Part shown: positions 1 to 9,265 of the stretch, piece after piece
How the letters are laid out: each line of letters begins with the position of its first letter
Position numbering within the stretch: the stretch's first letter is position 1
DNA from: Rhizobium sp. Q54
GTDB taxonomy: Bacteria > Pseudomonadota > Alphaproteobacteria > UBA2966 > CAIVPW01
Assembly (NCBI GenBank): GCA_945904955.1
Contig: CAMDPO010000006.1
Span: forward strand, 6,232 to 70,231
Reading direction: 5' to 3'
Length of the DNA stretch: 64,000 nt
Translations under genes and position numbers: made by a program
Notes under the pieces: model-generated
Databases searched by the model: none
What the model was told of the DNA's origin: nothing
The model's input: only the letters and a program-made list of their open reading frames with translations

Positions 1-838
1 CGAGCGGGTAGCCGGCGTGCGTAAACGCTTCGGCGGCATGGATCGCAGGGCGGTCCATCAGCTCCATGCCGCCCGGGATGATGCCGGCGGCGATGGTGTT
101 GGCAACGCAGGCGCCGGCAGCCTCGACGCTGGCGAAGCCAATGAGCAAGGCGCGCGCCGTCTCGGGCTTGCACAGGATGCGCACGGTGACTTCGGTGATG
201 ACGGCGAGCAAACCTTCGGACCCGGTGAGCACGCCGAGGATGTCGTAGCCGCCCGCATCGAGGTGCTTGCCGCCGATACGGATCACCTCGCCGCTCATCA
301 GCACGGCTTCGAGTCCCAACAGGTTGTTGGTGGTCATGCCGTACTTGAGGCAGTGCACGCCGCCGGCGTTCTCGGCGACGTTGCCGCCGATGCTGCACAC
401 GACCTGGCTGCTCGGATCCGGTGCGTAGTAGAAGCCGCGCCCTTCGACGGCGCGCGTGATCGACAGATTGGCGACGCCCGGCTGGGCGACGACGCAGCGG
501 TTCGGGTAGTCGATGTCGAGGATGCGGTTGAGCTTGGCCAACCCGAGCAGCACGCCATCGCCGAGCGGCAGCGCGCCACCGGATAGCGAAGTGCCGGCGC
601 CGCGCGGCACCACTTTGGCGCCGAACGCGGCACACACCTTGAGAATGGCGGAGACTTGCGCGGTGGTCTCGGGCAGCGCCACGAGCAGCGGCAGCTGGCG
701 ATAGGCGGTCAGCCCGTCCGACTCGTACGGGCGGCGCTCGTCCTCACCGGTTAGCACCGAGTCGTGGGGCAGGATGCGTCGCAGCTCCGCGGCGAGTTCG
801 TCGCGGCGGCCGACCACCGCTGCGTCCAGGGCGGGCAT
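1..838 (-). CDS. glcD: FAD-linked oxidase, GlcD-like glycolate oxidase subunit (N-terminal part; C-terminus lies beyond the window edge)
   Basis: Absent from the ORF track because it runs off the edge. My minus-strand translation from the ATG at 838 reads MPALDAAVVGRRDELAAELRRILPHDSVLTGEDERRPYESDGLTAYRQLP...VVPRGAGTSLSGGALP...GGNVAENAGGVHCLKYG, an FAD_binding_4 / GlcD-type pattern. The listed 17..586(+) ORF is its antisense shadow. Confidence 0.85.
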   Translation of the reverse strand, partial: MPALDAAVVGRRDELAAELRRILPHDSVLTGEDERRPYESDGLTAYRQLPLLVALPETTAQVSAILKVCAAFGAKVVPRGAGTSLSGGALPLGDGVLLGLAKLNRILDIDYPNRCVVAQPGVANLSITRAVEGRGFYYAPDPSSQVVCSIGGNVAENAGGVHCLKYGMTTNNLLGLEAVLMSGEVIRIGGKHLDAGGYDILGVLTGSEGLLAVITEVTVRILCKPETARALLIGFASVEAAGACVANTIAAGIIPGGMELMDRPAIHAAEAFTHAGYPL

Positions 839-894
839 CAACATGCGGACACAATATCAGGGGACTTGGTCGTGGATGGGCGCACCTGCGGCGC

Positions 895-933
895 GACAAA
901 AAACGACAACGCCGCGAACCGAAGTTCGCGGCG
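895..933 (-). terminator. Rho-independent terminator downstream of rpmJ
   Basis: Perfect 10-bp GC-rich stem (CGCCGCGAAC / GTTCGCGGCG, 910-933) with a 4-nt loop. On the minus strand it is followed by TTGTCGTTTTTT. Confidence 0.65.
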
Positions 934-956
934 CAATGGCGCAGCCTGGAGCGCGA

Positions 957-1082
957 CTAGCCCTGGCGGACTTTGTAGCGCGGGTTGGTCTTGTTGATGA
1001 CGTAGATCCGGCCCTTGCGGCGCACGACGCGGCAATCGCGGTGGCGCGTCTTCAGGGTCTTGATGGAATTCACGACTTTCAT
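957..1082 (-). CDS. rpmJ: 50S ribosomal protein L36
   Basis: The C-terminal 41 aa of ORF 957..1511(-) read [41 protein letters not shown], a complete L36. The ATG is at 1082. Confidence 0.95.
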   Translation of the reverse strand: MKVVNSIKTLKTRHRDCRVVRRKGRIYVINKTNPRYKVRQG

Positions 1083-1152
1083 GGTGCTTTTCCGGCTCGG
1101 GTTCGGCGCGGACCATGTAGCCGCCGCCCACACCCAAGTCAACCCGAGTCGC

Positions 1153-1812
1153 TCAGGAATGGCTGGAAAACAGGCCTTCGGCGGCCAGTAAGGCTTGGGC
1201 TTCGCCGACCGAGTGGGCCGGGAGAACCCGAAATCCGCGGCTCGCCGCCGCCAGGGCCGCCTGGCGCTGGGCACGGCCGTGGCCCGTTTCGACGTGCACG
1301 GCCCCGGCCAGGCCGGCCGCCTTGGCGGCGGCGGCGTCGCTGGCCATGTCGCCGACCATCCAGGCGCGCTTTGGCCGCACCCCCAGGCGTTCGAGCACCA
1401 AAAGGAGCATGCCGGGGCCTGGCTTGCGCCAATGGGCGTGGCGAGCGCCCCAGCCGCGGGTGTGGTCCGGGTGGTAGCCGTTGGCGATGCGGGCGTCGAG
1501 GCGAGCGCCACGGGCCCGCAGCCGGCGGTCGATTTCGGCCTCGACCGCGTCGTACGCGTCCCAGCCGAACATGCCGCGATCGATGCCGGACTGATTGCTG
1601 ACGGCGGCGACGGCGATGCCGGCCGCGTTGGCGGTGCGCACCAAGGTGGCGGCGCCCGCCTGCAGGCGAACGTCCGCGAGGCGGTGCAGGTAGTTCTTCT
1701 CGTGCACCAGCGTGCCGTCGCGATCGAGCAACAGCGCGACGCGCCGGCGCTCCACTCCGGGGGTGAGAGCGAGGCGCACGCCTGCGGGTAGCTTGGCGGG
1801 AGGGGCGGTCAC
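1153..1812 (-). CDS. gmhB: HAD-IIIA family phosphatase (D,D-heptose 1,7-bisphosphate phosphatase-like)
   Basis: HAD motifs [22 protein letters not shown] and MVGDMASD. Confidence 0.7.
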   Translation of the reverse strand: MTAPPAKLPAGVRLALTPGVERRRVALLLDRDGTLVHEKNYLHRLADVRLQAGAATLVRTANAAGIAVAAVSNQSGIDRGMFGWDAYDAVEAEIDRRLRARGARLDARIANGYHPDHTRGWGARHAHWRKPGPGMLLLVLERLGVRPKRAWMVGDMASDAAAAKAAGLAGAVHVETGHGRAQRQAALAAASRGFRVLPAHSVGEAQALLAAEGLFSSHS

Positions 1813-1872
1813 TCGCGCTGGAATAGCGCCGTCCGCCGGGCGCGGCTAGAGGCGCGTCGCGGGTGTGGCGCG

Positions 1873-2454
1873 CTAGAGGCGCATCGTGCCTTTCGGCCGG
1901 GGCGCGAAGGCCGCCACCTCGGCAGGCAGGCCCTCCAGCATCGTCTTGAGGTCGTCGGCGTGCTCCTCTTCCACCGCCAACAGGCCCTCGATGATGCGGC
2001 GCGTGGTGGTGTCGTCGTCACCCAGCCAGCGCACGATCTCCGAATAGGTCTCGATGGCGATACGCTCGGCGACGAGGTTCTCGCGGATCATCTGGCCGAG
2101 GGTCTCGCCGTTCATGTACTGGGCGTGCGAACGCGTCGTGAGTCCCTCCGGGTTCCAGTTGGGAACGCCGCCGAGCTGGGTGATGCGTTGGCTGATCTGG
2201 TCGGCGTGCCCCTGCTCCTCGTTGGAGTGAACGAGGAACTCGGCCGCAATCGGCTCGGCGTTGATGCCCGCCGCCATGAAGTGGTGGTTGCGGTAGCGCA
2301 GGACGCAGACGATCTCGGTCGCCAGCGCGTCGTTCAGCACGGCGATCACTTGTTCACGGTCGGCTTTGTAGGCGCCGGTAACGGCACCGTCCGACATCTT
2401 CTCGCGCGCGCGGCGCTGAATGGCCTCGATATCGGCCTTAAACGGCTCTTTCAT
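1873..2454 (-). CDS. Ferritin-like / bacterioferritin-like domain protein
   Basis: 193 aa with two Glu/His di-iron-type helices (NEEQGHADQI, EEEHADDL) and ferritin-like helical composition. Confidence 0.75.
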   Translation of the reverse strand: MKEPFKADIEAIQRRAREKMSDGAVTGAYKADREQVIAVLNDALATEIVCVLRYRNHHFMAAGINAEPIAAEFLVHSNEEQGHADQISQRITQLGGVPNWNPEGLTTRSHAQYMNGETLGQMIRENLVAERIAIETYSEIVRWLGDDDTTTRRIIEGLLAVEEEHADDLKTMLEGLPAEVAAFAPRPKGTMRL

Positions 2455-2788
2455 CGCATCCTTCAGGGAAACCCTGAGCTACAGCTAGGGTCTGGCTGGC
2501 CACGCGACAATCAGGCCGAAGACCTAGCCGCGACGAGCGCGGCCATGGCGGCTAGAGAATGGTCCTCGGCCCACGGCGTGCGCGGAGGTTGTCCCTAGCC
2601 GCTCCGCTCAAGGCAGCGCGGCCCGCGACGGGGATATCCCGCCTAGGCGTTGGCTGCAGCGGTGCCGCACCACGCTCCGGCGGCGAGGTACCTCAAACGC
2701 ACTGCGCCTCTATCCACAAGGCAAACGCCAGCCGCCGCCGCGCTCGTGCTTCGCTGGGCGCAGGATCCTCTCTAGTACAAGGAGTACC

Positions 2789-3283
2789 ATGATGCTTCGT
2801 CTTTGGAGCTCCGTTGCCGTCATCGCGGTGGCGTTGGCCGTCAGTGCCCCGGCGTTCGCCGTCGAGAAGACGGAAGACTTCATCAAGAAGACTGCGGCCG
2901 CGAACCTGTTCGAGGTCGAGCACTCGAAGGTCGCTGCGCAGAAGGCCGTGAGTCCGGCCGTGAAGACATTCGCCGCCAAGATGGTCGCGGACCACACCAA
3001 GGCCAAGGCCGACTTCGAGGCGACGCTGAAGACCGCCAACCTGGCTTACACGCCTGCGCAGCTGGAGAACGACCAGCTGAAGAAGATCGACGACCTGGTG
3101 AAGGCCAACCTCGCCGATCTCGAGAAGGACTACCTCAAGGCGCAGAAGGACGCGCATCAGGACGTCGTCGGCATGTTCAAGGACTACGCCAAGGACGGTG
3201 AGAACGCCCAGTTGAAGGCGTGGGCGTCCAAGATGCTGCCGGACCTCGAGGCGCACCTGGCCGAGGTCGACAAACTCGACTAG
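2789..3283 (+). CDS. DUF4142-type periplasmic protein
   Basis: Signal peptide MMLRLWSSVAVIAVALAVSAPAFA. Repeated FEVEHSKVA / MVADHTKAK / AQKDAHQDVV pattern typical of DUF4142. AAGGAG-like SD (caaggag) just upstream. Confidence 0.85.
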   Translation: MMLRLWSSVAVIAVALAVSAPAFAVEKTEDFIKKTAAANLFEVEHSKVAAQKAVSPAVKTFAAKMVADHTKAKADFEATLKTANLAYTPAQLENDQLKKIDDLVKANLADLEKDYLKAQKDAHQDVVGMFKDYAKDGENAQLKAWASKMLPDLEAHLAEVDKLD

Positions 3284-3297
3284 GCGCCGCGGATGAA

Positions 3298-3331
3298 AGC
3301 CCGCCGGGAGAAAACCCGGCGGGCTTTTCTT
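3298..3331. terminator. Bidirectional intrinsic terminator between the convergent DUF4142 and Kelch genes
   Basis: 11-bp stem AGCCCGCCGGG / CCCGGCGGGCT with loop AGAAAA, followed by TTTTCTT on the + strand and by TTTCAT on the - strand. Confidence 0.75.
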
Positions 3332-4310
3332 ATTCGCAGCGCTGCGCCGGCGCGAAGGTCTGGTTGAGAACGCTACCGCTGCTGCCGCTGGTGGCGATGC
3401 CGCCGCCGGGAACGAAGATCAATCCATCCACGAAGGCGGCACCCGTCACGCCGTGCACGGGCGTCGGCATGTCGGCGAGACGCGTCCACGCGTTGATGCG
3501 CGGATCGTAGACGTCGTGGTCGGGGAACATGCCGAGCGCGCCCTCGCCGCCCCATACATGGAAGCAACCGAACGCCAGCACGCCGTTCATGCCGCTGCGC
3601 GGGCGTGGCATCGGTGCGGCGCTCGTCCACTGGCCGGTGGCGGGATCGAAGGCCTCGAACACGGCGGTCGCGGCGCTTTGGAAACCGCCTTCGAGGCGAC
3701 CGCCGGCGAAGTAGACTTTTCCGTTCATCGCCGCACCGATGATGTGGTTGCGCTGGTTCGGCAGATTCGGAAGGGTCGTCCAGACGTCAGTCGCCGGATC
3801 GTAGACGGCGAAGTCGCTGCCGCGCGGCGGGCGCCCGCCGGCCACGTATATCTTGCCACCAAGCACCACCGGTGCTCCGGCGCTGCGCGCCGTCGGCATC
3901 GGCGCCCTCTGTTCCCACACGCCGCGCGCCGGATCGAGCGCGTAGAGCGTGTTGACGTAGCTGCCGGCGCCAGCGTCGGTGGTCTGGCCGCCGATCAGGT
4001 AGACCTTGCCGGCAACGGCGATGGCCATGCCGTGATTGTTGGCGACGGGCAGCGGCGGACCGAGCGACCAAGTATCAGTCTTGGTGTCATAGACCTGGAC
4101 CGTGCGCTGGGTCTGCCGGCTCGCCGGATAGCCGCCGAGCACGTAGACCTTGCCGTCGAGCTCGGCCACCGCGAACTCCGAGTTCGCCTCGAGCATCGCG
4201 GCCCGGCGTCCCCAGGTTCCGCCCTGCGGGAGCTGGCCGCCCTGGACCAGTTGGGCCGCGACGGGCGCGACCATTGCCATCACGAACGCACACGCGATGA
4301 GCCAGCGCAT
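3330..4310 (-). CDS. Secreted six-bladed Kelch-repeat protein
   Basis: I used the internal start MRWLIACAFVMAMVAPVAAQ (signal peptide; ATG at 4310). Six blades are marked by GKVYVLGG, GKVYLIGG, GKIYVAGG, GKVYFAGG, FHVWGG and GLIFVPGG. The upstream 146 aa of the 472-aa ORF are Arg/Ser/Pro-rich out-of-frame-looking sequence. Confidence 0.85.
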   Translation of the reverse strand: MRWLIACAFVMAMVAPVAAQLVQGGQLPQGGTWGRRAAMLEANSEFAVAELDGKVYVLGGYPASRQTQRTVQVYDTKTDTWSLGPPLPVANNHGMAIAVAGKVYLIGGQTTDAGAGSYVNTLYALDPARGVWEQRAPMPTARSAGAPVVLGGKIYVAGGRPPRGSDFAVYDPATDVWTTLPNLPNQRNHIIGAAMNGKVYFAGGRLEGGFQSAATAVFEAFDPATGQWTSAAPMPRPRSGMNGVLAFGCFHVWGGEGALGMFPDHDVYDPRINAWTRLADMPTPVHGVTGAAFVDGLIFVPGGGIATSGSSGSVLNQTFAPAQRCE

Positions 4311-4329
4311 CGGGACCTCGGTTGGGCGG

Positions 4330-5175
4330 CTAGGGCGCGGCGGGTTCCGCGAAGCGGTGAATGTCCTGGCGGCAATTCTTCTCGGCGAACTCGCAGAACG
4401 TGCGGGCAGCACCATCGACGACCTGCGGGGCGGTGAGATCGAAGCGCGTCGTGTTGACGAGCAGCGGTCGCTGGTCGCGATCGCGATCGACCACCGAGGC
4501 GAGCCCGAGATAGGTCTGCAGACGGATCGCGTCGTTGCCCTCCCACGACTCCAGCGTCCAGCCGCAACCGGTGCCGTTGCAAGGCACCACGTCGCTGAAC
4601 GGCAGCGCCACGAGGTCGAAGATGGACGCGCGCTGGCCGGTCGCGACGTGCAGCCAGTAGAGGTCGTAGTCGGGATCCTGGACGTGCCACCGCCCGGTCG
4701 AGCGGTCAAATACCTCGAGGAACGTGTGCGAGGGGAAACCGGCGGCATCCTCGAATATAGCGACGCCGCGGGTTTCGTGGCCGAGGCGCGTCAGCACCGC
4801 CGCCATCAGCTCGGTGCGGCTCGAGCATTCAAGATGCGGCGGCGGCCCGATGCCGTCGGCGAACGCCATCATGCGGTCGATGACCTGCGGCAGATCGTGC
4901 CAGTACGAGTAGAACTCGGCGTCGATCTTGTGGATCGAATTGCGGGTGACGAACGTGCGCAGGCGATCGACCTGCTCTTCGAGCGGCATGGCCTTGTCGA
5001 TGCCGGCCAACGCGACGATGCGTTTGGCGCCATCGTCGACCCGCGCGTCGAACATGGCATCGCGTACCGCCTCGACGCCGAATGCGCCGGCCGCGATCAG
5101 CAGAATCACCAAGACGCCGCCCTGCACCAGGCGACGGAGCGCACCCGGTCGGCGCAACCATTCCGAAAGGCGCAT
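4330..5175 (-). CDS. Membrane-anchored transglutaminase-like (Cys-His-Asp) protein
   Basis: Start MRLSEWLRRPGALRRLVQGGVLVILLIAAGAF (N-terminal TM helix; ATG at 5175). Core triad context ECSSRTELMAAVLTRLG ... SHTFLEVF ... WHVQDPDYD fits the transglutaminase-core order. Confidence 0.65.
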   Translation of the reverse strand: MRLSEWLRRPGALRRLVQGGVLVILLIAAGAFGVEAVRDAMFDARVDDGAKRIVALAGIDKAMPLEEQVDRLRTFVTRNSIHKIDAEFYSYWHDLPQVIDRMMAFADGIGPPPHLECSSRTELMAAVLTRLGHETRGVAIFEDAAGFPSHTFLEVFDRSTGRWHVQDPDYDLYWLHVATGQRASIFDLVALPFSDVVPCNGTGCGWTLESWEGNDAIRLQTYLGLASVVDRDRDQRPLLVNTTRFDLTAPQVVDGAARTFCEFAEKNCRQDIHRFAEPAAP

Positions 5176-5277
5176 TCCCCTGCCCCGATTCGAATCGGCG
5201 GAATGGTACCCGAACTTAGGGATGAACGTCTGCTCGCCTTTGCAGCGGCGGCCCCTACAATCGGCGCAGGGGGCACG

Positions 5278-6738
5278 ATGACGAACGGCGGCATACAACC
5301 GGTGAACGAGGCGCTGCTGGACGAGCGCCTGGCTCTTCTCGAGAAGGCGCGCGCCTGGAGCGCGCGGCTCGTTTCCAAGCTCGAGAGCCACCTGCGGACC
5401 GCGCCGGACGAGGCGCTGTTCCGCATCAATCCCTTCACGTTTGCCCGCGAGCGGAATGCGCCGGAGGCCGAGGTGATCGACTTGTTCCTGCACGCTACGG
5501 CGCAGGGACTGTTCGGCATGGACTGGCTGCTGATTTGTCCGGGCTGCAGCACAGTCGTGGAGAACTTTCGCAGCCTGAAGAGCGTCCACAACCACTACTA
5601 CTGCAGCTTCTGCCAGGCACACCACGAAGCGGCGCTCGACGAATTCATCGCCGTCGCGTTCACGGTCAGCCCGGAGGTCCGCGACATCGCGTTCCATCAC
5701 CCGGAACAGCTGTCGGCGCGTGACTACGTATTCAAGGTGCGCAATAGCGCCGACGGCCTGCTTCCGGACGGCACACCGTTCGTAACGGCCAAGGCCGCGT
5801 CAGCGGCGGCGGTCTGCTACGTGAATCCGGCATCGACCACGCGCGTCGAGGTCGAACTGGCGGAAGGAACCGTGCTCGCCGCGAGCCCAGAGGGCAGCGC
5901 GTCCGTGCACTTCGCTGTGGCGGGCCCGCGCGCCGGCGTGGCCCAGCTGACGCCGGTCCAGTTCGGCGCCCAGGAGGCGCCGCGTCAGGAGACGTTGGCG
6001 CCCGGCAAGGTCACGTTCGACGTACACAACCGGTTGGCCGAGCGCGGCACGTTCGTTGTGGCGCCGATACCGAACGACATGCCGAAGCTGCGCTTCCTGC
6101 CGTTCCTGACGGGCAAGCGTTTGCTTACGGCACAGGCCTTCCGCGACCTCTTCCGCACCGAAGTCATCCGCGCCAGCGAAGGCATCAGCGTGCGCGAGAT
6201 CACGTTCCTGTTCACGGACCTCAAGGGCTCGACGGCGCTTTACGACCGTATCGGCGACCTCAACGCATTCTCGCTGGTGCAGCAGCACTTCGAGGTCTTG
6301 CACGAGGTGACGGTCCGCTACGGGGGCGCCATCATCAAGACGATCGGCGACGCCGTGATGGCGACGTTCCTGAAGCCGGCCGATGCCGTCGCTGCGGCGC
6401 TGGAGATGCGCGCGGCGATCTCGGCATCGAACCGCGGCCGTGCCGACCGTGAGCTGGTGTTGAAGATCGGCGTCCATGCCGGCGCCGCCATTGCGGTGAC
6501 GCTCAACGAGCGGCTCGACTACTTCGGGCAGACCGTGAATATCGCCGCTCGCGTGCAGGGCTTGGCCGAGGCGGACGAAATTTATCTCTCCGAGGACACC
6601 CACGCCGCAGACGGCGTGGCCCCCTTGCTCGCCACGCATCCCGTCGAGTCGAGGGTGCTGAAGCTCAAGGGCGTGCAAGCGGACATGCGGGTCTTCTGCG
6701 TCGCGGCGCCGCCGCCGAAGGCAGCCGCACGCGCTTGA
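5278..6738 (+). CDS. Class III adenylate/guanylate cyclase with a ~290-aa N-terminal Cys4 (DUF5939-like) domain
   Basis: Start MTNGGIQPVNE at 5278. The catalytic domain has FLFTDLKGSTALYD, IGDAVMATF, KIGVHAGAAIA and DYFGQTVNIAARV. The N-domain has CPGC...CSFC. Confidence 0.9.
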   Translation: MTNGGIQPVNEALLDERLALLEKARAWSARLVSKLESHLRTAPDEALFRINPFTFARERNAPEAEVIDLFLHATAQGLFGMDWLLICPGCSTVVENFRSLKSVHNHYYCSFCQAHHEAALDEFIAVAFTVSPEVRDIAFHHPEQLSARDYVFKVRNSADGLLPDGTPFVTAKAASAAAVCYVNPASTTRVEVELAEGTVLAASPEGSASVHFAVAGPRAGVAQLTPVQFGAQEAPRQETLAPGKVTFDVHNRLAERGTFVVAPIPNDMPKLRFLPFLTGKRLLTAQAFRDLFRTEVIRASEGISVREITFLFTDLKGSTALYDRIGDLNAFSLVQQHFEVLHEVTVRYGGAIIKTIGDAVMATFLKPADAVAAALEMRAAISASNRGRADRELVLKIGVHAGAAIAVTLNERLDYFGQTVNIAARVQGLAEADEIYLSEDTHAADGVAPLLATHPVESRVLKLKGVQADMRVFCVAAPPPKAAARA

Positions 6739-6960
6739 TGGCGCTTGGCGCGGCGGCGCTGGCAGCGCCGGGGAAGCAAAGGGGAAGCACCGCGCACGAG
6801 CGCCTGATGCTATTCTTCCTTGGCATTCGCGACGCCGCACATCGGGGGATCTAGCGGCAGGGAGGGCGCTCTCGCACGACTCGTGAGTGCCCCGCTTCGG
6901 TTCCCCGCGCTGCCGGTTGTCGCGACGGGGGATCATGGACGACCTGCGGATGATCGCGAG

Positions 6961-9249
6961 ATGACGACGACGTCGCTCGCCGACGATCGGACGAACGGCC
7001 GTTTGGCGACTGGCACGGGCGCGACCGACAACTCGTCCGGCCGGTGGCTTTGGGTGCTCATCCGGCGCGATTGGGTCAAGTGGCTCGCGCTGGCGGTGCT
7101 CACCGTGCTGCTGGGCGCGTCGCAACTGGTCTTTCCGTACTACTACTCGCTGATCTTCAACCGGGTGATCCTGGGCAACGACCTTGCCTTCCTGTGGGTC
7201 ATCATCGCCGGCATGGGGACCTTCTTCGTGGTCCGCGTGGTGCTCGAGCTGACCCAGGCGACGCTCACCGCCGGCACCGCCATGCGCCTGGTCAACGACC
7301 TGCGCACGACGTTGTTTACGCACCTGCAGGAGCTGCCGGTCGACTACTTCGGGCGGACGCGCACCGGTGAACTGGTCGACCGCTTCGCGGGCGACGTCGC
7401 CGCAATCGAACGCATCTTCACGGTCTCGCTCTACAAGGTGGCGCTGAACGGCTTGATCGCCGTGGTGTGCTTGTTCGCTTTGTTCTTCGTGGAATGGCGT
7501 CTGGCACTTTGCGCGGTGGGACTGATGACCATCGCTTCGCTGGTGCCGCGACTGGTCGGCAAGCGCGCGGCAGGCGCGGAGCACGACCGGCGCCACGAGG
7601 ACGGCCACCTGTCGTCGGCGGTGCAGGAGATGATCGCCAGCCACCGCGTCACGCGCGCCTTTGGGCTCGAGGCAAGCCGGCTCGCGTTGTTTCGCATCCT
7701 CCTGGGGCGCGCCTACTCGAAAGGCCGGCGCGCGGCGCTGCTGAGCGCCTACGTCGAGAAGACGGCCAACATGGGCCTCTTTTTTGCGCGGATCAGCGTC
7801 GTCGCGATCGGTGGCTACTTCGTGTTCCGCGGCTTCCTGACCGTCGGCGCGTTCCTGGCCTTCTACGCCCTGATGTTCAACGTCGGGGACGCGGTCAGCG
7901 CGGTGATCCTCTACGTGCCCGACCTCCTCAAGGGCGCCGGCGCCGGCCGGCGCCTGGGCGAGCTGCTCGATCAACCGACGGCGGCGTTCGCCCACCCCGG
8001 TGCCACGCCGGCGCCGCCCCTTGCCCACGAGATACGCTTCGACAACGTGAGCTTCGCGTACGGCGAGCGCACCGTGCTCGATCGGGTCAGCTTTACGATC
8101 CGCGCGGGTGAATCCGTGGCGATGGTCGGCAGGAGCGGTTCGGGCAAGAGCACCGTGCTCAGCCTGCTGCTACGTTTCTACGATCCGCGCAGTGGCTCCA
8201 TCAGTCTCGACGGCCGCGACCTGCGCAGCATCCAGCCCGCGTCGTTGCGCGCCCAGATCGGTAGCGTCTTCCAAAGCAATTTCCTGTTCGACACGAGCGT
8301 GCGCGAGAACATCCGCATGGGACGGCTCGACGCCGACGACGCGGAGGTTGAGCAGGCCGCCCAACGCGCGCGGATTCACGACGCCATCCTGGATCTGCCG
8401 CTTGGCTACGATACGGCCGTGGGCGAGGCCGGCGGGCACCTGTCCGGCGGCCAGCAACAGCGCCTCGCCCTCGCCCGCGCCATGCTGCGCGAACCACCGA
8501 TCCTGGTCCTCGACGAGGCGACTTCGGCGTTGGACCCGGCGACCGAGGCGGAGGTCAACGCCACCCTCGATCTGTTGGCACGCGGGCGCAGCCGGATCGC
8601 CGTAACCCATCGTCTGTCGGGCGCCGTGAACGCAGACCGCATCCTGGTGTTCGACGGCGGCAAGGTGGTCGAGGAAGGCAATCACCAGGCGTTGCTTGCG
8701 CGCCGCGGCGCCTACTTCGACCTTTGGCAAAAACAGAGCACGTTCGCGATCAACGCCAGCGGCACCATGGCGCACCTGGACGCGCTGTTCCTGCGCACCG
8801 TGCCGATGTTCGCCGATCTGCCGCCGGCGCTGCTCAACACCCTGGCCGGGCAATTCGTCAGCGAGTTGCACGAGGCGCGCCACGTTGTGGTTCGCGAAGG
8901 CGACGTCGCCGACAAGTTCTATGTGATCGTGCGCGGCCGGGTGGAGGTGTCCTCCAAGACGTCGGCGGAGCCGTTCGTGCTGGAGGAAGGCGACTACTTC
9001 GGCGAGATCGCACTGATCGACAAGACGCCGCGCACGGCGACCGTGCAGACGCGCGAGCCGACCTTGCTGATGGCCTTAGTCCGCACCGACTTCGAAGCGT
9101 TTCTCGATGCGGCGCCGGCCGGGGTTCGCGCCGAGTTCGCGCGCGTTGCTTCCTTGCGTCGCGCCGCCCATCAGCGGCCCGCCTTGGGTGTGTCGGCGGA
9201 AATCGCGGCGCCTGGAATCGCACCGGGCGACCCTACGGTTTCAGCGTAG
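6961..9249 (+). CDS. ABC exporter (TMD+NBD) fused to a C-terminal cyclic-nucleotide-binding domain
   Basis: Six-helix exporter TMD, Walker A GRSGSGKST, signature LSGGQQQR, Walker B ILVLDEATSALD. The C-terminal ~130 aa are CAP-like with phosphate-binding cassette FGEIALIDKTPRTATV. The start is uncertain (TTG 6820 to ATG 6961). Confidence 0.9.
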   Translation: MTTTSLADDRTNGRLATGTGATDNSSGRWLWVLIRRDWVKWLALAVLTVLLGASQLVFPYYYSLIFNRVILGNDLAFLWVIIAGMGTFFVVRVVLELTQATLTAGTAMRLVNDLRTTLFTHLQELPVDYFGRTRTGELVDRFAGDVAAIERIFTVSLYKVALNGLIAVVCLFALFFVEWRLALCAVGLMTIASLVPRLVGKRAAGAEHDRRHEDGHLSSAVQEMIASHRVTRAFGLEASRLALFRILLGRAYSKGRRAALLSAYVEKTANMGLFFARISVVAIGGYFVFRGFLTVGAFLAFYALMFNVGDAVSAVILYVPDLLKGAGAGRRLGELLDQPTAAFAHPGATPAPPLAHEIRFDNVSFAYGERTVLDRVSFTIRAGESVAMVGRSGSGKSTVLSLLLRFYDPRSGSISLDGRDLRSIQPASLRAQIGSVFQSNFLFDTSVRENIRMGRLDADDAEVEQAAQRARIHDAILDLPLGYDTAVGEAGGHLSGGQQQRLALARAMLREPPILVLDEATSALDPATEAEVNATLDLLARGRSRIAVTHRLSGAVNADRILVFDGGKVVEEGNHQALLARRGAYFDLWQKQSTFAINASGTMAHLDALFLRTVPMFADLPPALLNTLAGQFVSELHEARHVVVREGDVADKFYVIVRGRVEVSSKTSAEPFVLEEGDYFGEIALIDKTPRTATVQTREPTLLMALVRTDFEAFLDAAPAGVRAEFARVASLRRAAHQRPALGVSAEIAAPGIAPGDPTVSA

Positions 9250-9265
9250 GGCGGGGGACGGGTCT

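Noticed and set aside
4311-4748. N-terminal 146-aa extension of the Kelch ORF (472-aa version), and similar extensions of 4150..6738 and 4330..5700
   Set aside because: The extensions are Arg/Ser/Pro-rich, overlap neighbouring genes, and precede clear signal-peptide, TM or native starts.
5800-8028. 742-aa minus-strand ORF spanning the cyclase and ABC genes
   Set aside because: Arg/Gly/Ala/Asp-rich with no motifs. It lies entirely antisense to two genes with strong motif support, so it is a typical high-GC shadow ORF.
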